A DNA stretch of 50,523 bases, taken from contig QPMI01000340.1 in the NCBI GenBank assembly GCA_004431415.1, forward strand, positions 1 to 50,523. The letters are read 5' to 3'. The first letter of the stretch is position 1. Each line of letters begins with the position of its first letter. This DNA comes from Cyanophora paradoxa CCMP329 (lineage: Eukaryota; Plantae; Glaucophyta). The translations under genes and the position numbers were made by a program. Shown here piece by piece: positions 40,901 to 50,523 of the stretch. The notes beneath the pieces were generated by a model that searched no databases, had not been told where the DNA came from, and worked only from the letters and a program-made list of their open reading frames with translations.

Positions 40901-43900
40901 CTATTTTGTGGCAGATCGGAAACCTGGGGCCTTTGACTGAGTGACTTGCTGGTGGGTGGGTCATCTGCCTAAGGCTAGCGCCTTGTGCATATTCCCCCAG
41001 AGAGATTTGAGTGCATCTTCTTCTATTTTGTGGCAGATCGGAAACCTGGGGCCTTGACTGAGTGACTTGCTGGTGGGTGGGTCATCTGCCTAAGGCTAGC
41101 GCCTTGTGCATATTCCCCCAGAGAGATTTGGGGTGCATCCTTCTTCTATTTTGTGGCAGATCGGAAACCTGGGGCCTTCGACTGAGTGACTTGCTGGTGG
41201 GTGGGTCATCTGCCTAAGGCTAGCGCCTTGTGCATATTCCCCAGAGAGATTTGGGTGCATCTTTCTTCTATTTTTGGCAGATCGGAAACCTGGGGCCTTC
41301 GACTGAGTGACTTGCTGGTGGGTGGGTCATCTGCCTAAGGCTAGCGCCTTGTGCATATTCCCCCAGAGAGATTTGAAGTGCATCCTTTTTCTATTTTGTG
41401 GCAGATCGGAAACCTGGGCCTTGACTGAGTGACTTGCTGGTGGGTGGGTCATCTGCCTAAGGCTAGCGCCTTGTGCATATTCCCCCAGAGAGATTTGAAG
41501 TGCATCTTTCTTCTATTTTGTGGCAGATCGGAAACCTGGGGCCTTCGACTGAGTGACTTGCTGGTGGGTGGGTCATCTGCCTAAGGCTAGCGCCTTGTGC
41601 ATATTCCCCCAGAGAGATTTGGGTGCATCTTTTTCTATTTTGTGGCAGATCGGAAACCTGGGGCCTTGACTGAGTGACTTGCTGGTGGGTGGGTCATCTG
41701 CCTAAGGCTAGCGCCTTGTGCATATTCCCCCAGAGAGATTTGGGTGCATCCTTCTTCTATTTTGTGGCAGATCGGAAACCTGGGCCTTTGACTGAGTGAC
41801 TTGCTGGTGGGTGGGTCATCTGCCTAAGGCTAGCGCCTTGTGCATATTCCCCCAGAGAGATTTGAAGTGCATCCTTTTTCTATTTTGTGGCAGATCGGAA
41901 ACCTGGGGCCTTCGACTGAGTGACTTGCTGGTGGGTGGGTCATCTGCCTAAGGCTAGCGCCTTGTGCATATTCCCCAGAGAGATTTGGGTGCATCTTTCT
42001 TCTATTTTGTGGCAGATCGGAAACCTGGGGCCTTCGACTGAGTGACTTGCTGGTGGGTGGGTCATCTGCCTAAGGCTAGCGCCTTGTGCATATTCCCCCA
42101 GAGAGATTTGGGGTGCATCTTTCTTCTATTTTGTGGCAGATCGGAAACCTGGGCCTTGACTGAGTGACTTGCTGGTGGGTGGGTCATCTGCCTAAGGCTA
42201 GCGCCTTGTGCATATTCCCCAGAGAGATTTGGGTGCATCTTTCTTCTATTTTGTGGCAGATCGGAAACCTGGGGCCTTGACTGAGTGACTTGCTGGTGGG
42301 TGGGTCATCTGCCTAAGGCTAGCGCCTTGTGCATATTCCCCAGAGAGATTTGAGTGCATCTTTCTTCTATTTTTGGCAGATCGGAAACCTGGGCCTTGAC
42401 TGAGTGACTTGCTGGTGGTGGGTCATCTGCCTAAGGCTAGCGCCTTGTGCATATTCCCCCAGAGAGATTTGGGTGCATCTTTTTCTATTTTGTGGCAGAT
42501 CGGAAACCTGGGGCCTTGACTGAGTGACTTGCTGGTGGTGGGTCATCTGCCTAAGGCTAGCGCCTTGTGCATATTCCCCCAGAGAGATTTGAAGTGCATC
42601 TTTCTTCTATTTTGTGGCAGATCGGAAACCTGGGGCCTTCGACTGAGTGACTTGCTGGTGGGTGGGTCATCTGCCTAAGGCTAGCGCCTTGTGCATATTC
42701 CCCCAAAGAGATTTGGGGTGCATCCTTCTTCTATTTTTGGCAGATCGGAAACCTGGGGCCTTCGACTGAGTGACTTGCTGGTGCGTGGGTCATCTGCCTA
42801 AGGCTAGCGCCTTGTGCATATTCCCCCAGAGAGATTTGAAGTGCATCCTTTTTCTATTTTCTGGCACATCGGAAACCTGGGGCCTTGACTGAGTGACTTG
42901 CTGGTGGGTGGGTCATCTGCCTAAGGCTAGCGCCTTGTGCATATTCCCCAGAGAGATTTGGGTGCATCTTTCTTCTATTTTTGGCAGATCGGAAACCTGG
43001 GGCCTTGACTGAGTGACTTGCTGGTGGGTGGGTCATCTGCCTAAGGCTAGCGCCTTGTGCATATTCCCCAGAGAGATTTGGGTGCATCTTTTTCTATTTT
43101 TGGCAGATCGGAAACCTGGGGCCTTGACTGAGTGACTTGCTGGTGGGTGGGTCATCTGCCTAAGGCTAGCGCCTTGTGCATATTCCCCAGAGAGATTTGG
43201 GTGCATCTTTCTTCTATTTTGTGGCAGATCGGAAACCTGGGGCCTTCGACTGAGTGACTTGCTGGTGGGTGGGTCATCTGCCTAAGGCTAGCGCCTTGTG
43301 CATATTCCCCAGAGAGATTTGGGTGCATCTTTCTTCTATTTTGTGGCAGATCGGAAACCTGGGGCCTTGACTGAGTGACTTGCTGGTGGGTGGGTCATCT
43401 GCCTAAGGCTAGCGCCTTGTGCATATTCCCCCAGAGAGATTTGGGTGCATCTTTCTTCTATTTTGTGGCAGATCGGAAACCTGGGCCTTGACTGAGTGAC
43501 TTGCTGGTGGGTGGGTCATCTGCCTAAGGCTAGCGCCTTGTGCATATTCCCCCAGAGAGATTTGGGTGCATCTTTCTTCTATTTTTGGCAGATCGGAAAC
43601 CTGGGGCCTTGACTGAGTGACTTGCTGGTGGTGGGTCATCTGCCTAAGGCTAGCGCCTTGTGCATATTCCCCAGAGAGATTTGGGTGCATCTTTCTTCTA
43701 TTTTGTGGCAGATCGGAAACCTGGGGCCTTCGACTGAGTGACTTGCTGGTGGGTGGGTCATCTGCCTAAGGCTAGCGCCTTGTGCATATTCCCCCAGAGA
43801 GATTTGAGGTGCATCTTTCTTCTATTTTGTGGCAGATCGGAAACCTGGGGCCTTCGACTGAGTGACTTGCTGGTGGGTGGGTCATCTGCCTAAGGCTAGC

Positions 43901-46900
43901 GCCTTGTGCATATTCCCCCAGAGAGATTTGGGGTGCATCCTTCTTCTATTTTGTGGCAGATCGGAAACCTGGGGCCTTCGACTGAGTGACTTGCTGGTGG
44001 GTGGGTCATCTGCCTAAGGCTAGCGCCTTGTGCATATTCCCCCAGAGAGATTTGGGGTGCATCCTTCTTCTATTTTGTGGCAGATCGGAAACCTGGGGCC
44101 TTCGACTGAGTGACTTGCTGGTGGGTGGGTCATCTGCCTAAGGCTAGCGCCTTGTGCATATTCCCCCAGAGAGATTTGGGTGCATCCTTCTTCTATTTTG
44201 TGGCAGATCGGAAACCTGGGGCCTTCGACTGAGTGACTTGCTGGTGGGTGGGTCATCTGCCTAAGGCTAGCGCCTTGTGCATATTCCCCAGAGAGATTTG
44301 GGTGCATCTTTCTTCTATTTTGTGGCAGATCGGAAACCTGGGGCCTTCGACTGAGTGACTTGCTGGTGGGTGGGTCATCTGCCTAAGGCTAGCGCCTTGT
44401 GCATATTCCCCAGAGAGATTTGGGGTGCATCTTTCTTCTATTTTGTGGCAGATCGGAAACCTGGGGCCTTCGACTGAGTGACTTGCTGGTGGGTGGGTCA
44501 TCTGCCTAAGGCTAGCGCCTTGTGCATATTCCCCAGAGAGATTTGGGTGCATCTTTCTTCTATTTTGTGGCAGATCGGAAACCTGGGGCCTTCGACTGAG
44601 TGACTTGCTGGTGGGTGGGTCATCTGCCTAAGGCTAGCGCCTTGTGCATATTCCCCCAGAGAGATTTGGGTGCATCTTTCTTCTATTTTGTGGCAGATCG
44701 GAAACCTGGGGCCTTGACTGAGTGACTTGCTGGTGGGTGGGTCATCTGCCTAAGGCTAGCGCCTTGTGCATATTCCCCCAGAGAGATTTGGGTGCATCTT
44801 CTTCTATTTTGTGGCAGATCGGAAACCTGGGGCCTTGACTGAGTGACTTGCTGGTGGGTGGGTCATCTGCCTAAGGCTAGCGCCTTGTGCATATTCCCCA
44901 GAGAGATTTGGGTGCATCTTTCTTCTATTTTGTGGCAGATCGGAAACCTGGGGCCTTGACTGAGTGACTTGCTGGTGGGTGGGTCATCTGCCTAAGGCTA
45001 GCGCCTTGTGCATATTCCCCAGAGAGATTTGGGTGCATCTTTCTTCTATTTTGTGGCAGATCGGAAACCTGGGGCCTTCGACTGAGTGACTTGCTGGTGG
45101 GTGGGTCATCTGCCTAAGGCTAGCGCCTTGTGCATATTCCCCAGAGAGATTTGGGTGCATCCTTCTTCTATTTTGTGGCAGATCGGAAACCTGGGGCCTC
45201 TGACTGAGTGACTTGCTGGTGGGTGGGTCATCTGCCTAAGGCTAGCGCCTTGTGCATATTCCCCCAGAGAGATTTGGGGTGCATCTTTCTTCTATTTTGT
45301 GGCAGATCGGAAACCTGGGGCCTCTGACTGAGTGACTTGCTGGTGGGTGGGTCATCTGCCTAAGGCTAGCGCCTTGTGCATATTCCCCCAGAGAGATTTG
45401 GGTGCATCTTCTTCTATTTTGTGGCAGATCGGAAACCTGGGGCCTTGACTGAGTGACTTGCTGGTGGGTGGGTCATCTGCCTAAGGCTAGCGCCTTGTGC
45501 ATATTCCCCAGAGAGATTTGGGGTGCATCTTTCTTCTATTTTGTGGCAGATCGGAAACCTGGGGCCTTGACTGAGTGACTTGCTGGTGGTGGGTCATCTG
45601 CCTAAGGCTAGCGCCTTGTGCATATTCCCCAGAGAGATTTGGGTGCATCTTCTTCTATTTTGTGGCAGATCGGAAACCTGGGGCCTTGACTGAGTGACTT
45701 GCTGGTGGGTGGGTCATCTGCCTAAGGCTAGCGCCTTGTGCATATTCCCCAGAGAGATTTGGGTGCATCTTTCTTCTATTTTGTGGCAGATCGGAAACCT
45801 GGGGCCTTGACTGAGTGACTTGCTGGTGGGTGGGTCATCTGCCTAAGGCTAGCGCCTTGTGCATATTCCCCAGAGAGATTTGGGTGCATCTTTCTTCTAT
45901 TTTGTGGCAGATCGGAAACCTGGGGCCTTCGACTGAGTGACTTGCTGGTGGGTGGGTCATCTGCCTAAGGCTAGCGCCTTGTGCATATTCCCCCAGAGAG
46001 ATTTGGGTGCATCTTTCTTCTATTTTGTGGCAGATCGGAAACCTGGGGCCTCTGACTGAGTGACTTGCTGGTGGGTGGGTCATCTGCCTAAGGCTAGCGC
46101 CTTGTGCATATTCCCCCAGAGAGATTTGGGTGCATCTTTCTTCTATTTTGTGGCAGATCGGAAACCTGGGGCCTCTGACTGAGTGACTTGCTGGTGGTGG
46201 GTCATCTGCCTAAGGCTAGCGCCTTGTGCATATTCCCCCAGAGAGATTTGGGGTGCATCTTTCTTCTATTTTGTGGCAGATCGGAAACCTGGGGCCTTGA
46301 CTGAGTGACTTGCTGGTGGGTGGGTCATCTGCCTAAGGCTAGCGCCTTGTGCATATTCCCCCAGAGAGATTTGGGGTGCATCTTTCTTCTATTTTGTGGC
46401 AGATCGGAAACCTGGGGCCTTCGACTGAGTGACTTGCTGGTGGGTGGGTCATCTGCCTAAGGCTAGCGCCTTGTGCATATTCCCCCAGAGAGATTTGGGG
46501 TGCATCTTTCTTCTATTTTGTGGCAGATCGGAAACCTGGGGCCTTGACTGAGTGACTTGCTGGTGGGTGGGTCATCTGCCTAAGGCTAGCGCCTTGTGCA
46601 TATTCCCCCAGAGAGATTTGGGTGCATCTTTCTTCTATTTTGTGGCAGATCGGAAACCTGGGGCCTTGACTGAGTGACTTGCTGGTGGGTGGGTCATCTG
46701 CCTAAGGCTAGCGCCTTGTGCATATTCCCCCAGAGAGATTTGGGGTGCATCTTTCTTCTATTTTGTGGCAGATCGGAAACCTGGGGCCTTCGACTGAGTG
46801 ACTTGCTGGTGGGTGGGTCATCTGCCTAAGGCTAGCGCCTTGTGCATATTCCCCAGAGAGATTTGGGTGCATCTTTCTTCTATTTTTGGCAGATCGGAAA

Positions 46901-49900
46901 CCTGGGGCCTTGACTGAGTGACTTGCTGGTGGGTGGGTCATCTGCCTAAGGCTAGCGCCTTGTGCATATTCCCCAGAGAGATTTGGGTGCATCTTTCTTC
47001 TATTTTGTGGCAGATCGGAAACCTGGGCCTTGACTGAGTGACTTGCTGGTGGGTGGGTCATCTGCCTAAGGCTAGCGCCTTGTGCATATTCCCCAGAGAG
47101 ATTTGGGTGCATCTTTCTTCTATTTTGTGGCAGATCGGAAACCTGGGGCCTCTGACTGAGTGACTTGCTGGTGGGTGGGTCATCTGCCTAAGGCTAGCGC
47201 CTTGTGCATATTCCCCCAGAGAGATTTGAGGTGCATCTTTCTTCTATTTTGTGGCAGATCGGAAACCTGGGGCCTTCGACTGAGTGACTTGCTGGTGGGT
47301 GGGTCATCTGCCTAAGGCTAGCGCCTTGTGCATATTCCCCCAGAGAGATTTGGGTGCATCTTTCTTCTATTTTGTGGCAGATCGGAAACCTGGGGCCTTT
47401 GACTGAGTGACTTGCTGGTGGGTGGGTCATCTGCCTAAGGCTAGCGCCTTGTGCATATTCCCCAGAGAGATTTGGGTGCATCTTTCTTCTATTTTGTGGC
47501 AGATCGGAAACCTGGGGCCTTGACTGAGTGACTTGCTGGTGGGTGGGTCATCTGCCTAAGGCTAGCGCCTTGTGCATATTCCCCAGAGAGATTTGGGTGC
47601 ATCTTTCTTCTATTTTGTGGCAGATCGGAAACCTGGGGCCTTGACTGAGTGACTTGCTGGTGGGTGGGTCATCTGCCTAAGGCTAGCGCCTTGTGCATAT
47701 TCCCCCAGAGAGATTTGGGTGCATCTTTCTTCTATTTTGTGGCAGATCGGAAACCTGGGGCCTTCGACTGAGTGACTTGCTGGTGGGTGGGTCATCTGCC
47801 TAAGGCTAGCGCCTTGTGCATATTCCCCAGAGAGATTTGAGGTGCATCTTTCTTCTATTTTGTGGCAGATCGGAAACCTGGGGCCTTCGACTGAGTGACT
47901 TGCTGGTGGGTGGGTCATCTGCCTAAGGCTAGCGCCTTGTGCATATTCCCCCAGAGAGATTTGGGTGCATCTTTCTTCTATTTTGTGGCAGATCGGAAAC
48001 CTGGGGCCTTCGACTGAGTGACTTGCTGGTGGGTGGGTCATCTGCCTAAGGCTAGCGCCTTGTGCATATTCCCCCAGAGAGATTTGGGTGCATCTTTCTT
48101 CTATTTTGTGGCAGATCGGAAACCTGGGGCCTTCGACTGAGTGACTTGCTGGTGGGTGGGTCATCTGCCTAAGGCTAGCGCCTTGTGCATATTCCCCCAG
48201 AGAGATTTGGGTGCATCTTTCTTCTATTTTGTGGCAGATCGGAAACCTGGGGCCTTGACTGAGTGACTTGCTGGTGGGTGGGTCATCTGCCTAAGGCTAG
48301 CGCCTTGTGCATATTCCCCCAGAGAGATTTGGGTGCATCTTTCTTCTATTTTGTGGCAGATCGGAAACCTGGGGCCTTGACTGAGTGACTTGCTGGTGGG
48401 TGGGTCATCTGCCTAAGGCTAGCGCCTTGTGCATATTCCCCAGAGAGATTTGGGTGCATCTTCTTCTATTTTGTGGCAGATCGGAAACCTGGGGCCTTGA
48501 CTGAGTGACTTGCTGGTGGGTGGGTCATCTGCCTAAGGCTAGCGCCTTGTGCATATTCCCCAGAGAGATTTGGGTGCATCTTTCTTCTATTTTGTGGCAG
48601 ATCGGAAACCTGGGGCCTTCGACTGAGTGACTTGCTGGTGGGTGGGTCATCTGCCTAAGGCTAGCGCCTTGTGCATATTCCCCAGAGAGATTTGGGGTGC
48701 ATCTTTCTTCTATTTTGTGGCAGATCGGAAACCTGGGGCCTTCGACTGAGTGACTTGCTGGTGGGTGGGTCATCTGCCTAAGGCTAGCGCCTTGTGCATA
48801 TTCCCCCAGAGAGATTTGGGTGCATCTTTCTTCTATTTTGTGGCAGATCGGAAACCTGGGGCCTCTGACTGAGTGACTTGCTGGTGGGTGGGTCATCTGC
48901 CTAAGGCTAGCGCCTTGTGCATATTCCCCCAGAGAGATTTGGGTGCATCTTTCTTCTATTTTGTGGCAGATCGGAAACCTGGGGCCTTCGACTGAGTGAC
49001 TTGCTGGTGGGTGGGTCATCTGCCTAAGGCTAGCGCCTTGTGCATATTCCCCAGAGAGATTTGGGTGCATCTTTCTTCTATTTTGTGGCAGATCGGAAAC
49101 CTGGGGCCTCTGACTGAGTGACTTGCTGGTGGGTGGGTCATCTGCCTAAGGCTAGCGCCTTGTGCATATTCCCCCAGAGAGATTTGGGTGCATCTTTCTT
49201 CTATTTTGTGGCAGATCGGAAACCTGGGGCCTTCGACTGAGTGACTTGCTGGTGGGTGGGTCATCTGCCTAAGGCTAGCGCCTTGTGCATATTCCCCCAG
49301 AGAGATTTGAGGTGCATCCTTCTTCTATTTTCTGGCAGATCGGAAACCTGGGCCTTCGACTGAGTGACTTGCTGGTGGGTGGGTCATCTGCCTAAGGCTA
49401 GCGCCTTGTGCATATTCCCCCAGAGAGATTTGAAGTGCATCCTTCTTCTATTTTGTGGCAGATCGGAAACCTGGGGCCTTTGACTGAGTGACTTGCTGGT
49501 GGGTGGGTCATCTGCCTAAGGCTAGCGCCTTGTGCATATTCCCCCAGAGAGATTTTGGGTGCATCTTTCTTCTATTTTCTGGCACATCGGAAACCTGGGG
49601 CCTTCGACTGAGTGACTTGCTGGTGGGTGGGTCATCTGCCTAAGGCTAGCGCCTTGTGCATATTCCCCAGAGAGATTTGGGTGCATCTTTCTTCTATTTT
49701 GTGGCAGATCGGAAACCTGGGGCCTTGACTGAGTGACTTGCTGGTGGGTGGGTCATCTGCCTAAGGCTAGCGCCTTGTGCATATTCCCCCAGAGAGATTT
49801 GGGTGCATCTTTCTTCTATTTTGTGGCCGATCGGAAACCTGGGGCCTCTGACTGAGTGACTTGCTGGTGGGTGGGTCATCTGCCTAAGGCTAGCGCCTTG

Positions 49901-50523
49901 TGCATATTCCCCCAGAGAGATTTGGGTGCATCTTTCTTCTATTTTGTGGCAGATCGGAAACCTGGGGCCTCTGACTGAGTGACTTGCTGGTGGGTGGGTC
50001 ATCTGCCTAAGGCTAGCGCCTTGTGCATATTCCCCCAGAGAGATTTGGGTGCATCTTTCTTCTATTTTGTGGCAGATCGGAAACCTGGGGCCTTCGACTG
50101 AGTGACTTGCTGGTGGGTGGGTCATCTGCCTAAGGCTAGCGCCTTGTGCATATTCCCCCAGAGAGATTTGGGTGCATCTTTCTTCTATTTTGTGGCAGAT
50201 CGGAAACCTGGGGCCTTTGACTGAGTGACTTGCTGGTGGGTGGGTCATCTGCCTAAGGCTAGCGCCTTGTGCATATTCCCCCAGAGAGATTTGGGTGCAT
50301 CTTTCTTCTATTTTGTGGCAGATCGGAAACCTGGGGCCTTCGACTGAGTGACTTGCTGGTGGGTGGGTCATCTGCCTAAGGCTAGCGCCTTGTGCATATT
50401 CCCCCAGAGAGATTTGGGTGCATCTTTCTTCTATTTTGTGGCAGATCGGAAACCTGGGGCCTTCGACTGAGTGACTTGCTGGTGGGTGGGTCATCTGCCT
50501 AAGGCTAGCGCCTTGTGCATATT
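37975..50523 (+). repeat. SatB tandem satellite array, 124-bp monomer (120-124 as assembled), ~100 copies, open at the window end
   Basis: CGGAAACC at 38092, 38216, 38340 (period 124), continuing to the window end. Confidence 0.98.

Noticed and set aside
38780-50494. Repetitive 41-aa-unit ORFs in SatB (e.g. 49694-50494)
   Set aside because: They appear only where monomers are 123 bp, which is probably an indel artefact of a 124-bp unit.
37975-50523. Telomeric repeat (TTAGGC within the core)
   Set aside because: Only one hexamer per monomer, never tandem.

Overview
Eukaryotic heterochromatin or centromere-like junction. The left end (1-~8169) is a ~206-bp tandem satellite (SatA, ~40 copies, with 3-mer and 6-mer higher-order structure). 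The right end (~37975-50523) is a ~124-bp satellite (SatB, ~100 copies). The two satellites share a ~34-bp palindromic core and point in opposite directions. Between them is a ~30-kb rearranged island with four kinds of content. (i) One full-length Ty3/gypsy LTR retrotransposon (29395-36190; 201-bp LTRs, 4-bp GGGC TSD, -1 frameshift signal). (ii) A related copy split by a 2.9-kb inversion, further fragments of that family, and a truncated element of a second gypsy family. (iii) Scattered SatA/SatB pieces in both orientations. (iv) Five intact, intronless genes for N-terminally anchored, probably glycan-modifying enzymes: two DUF5672 proteins, GT7, GT34 and a CmcI-like O-methyltransferase. The strongest leads are repeated insertion of the gypsy family at the same GGGC position of the satellite and the satellite-embedded glycosylation gene cluster. 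All family calls come from motif recognition by eye; no searches were run and the organism is not identified.
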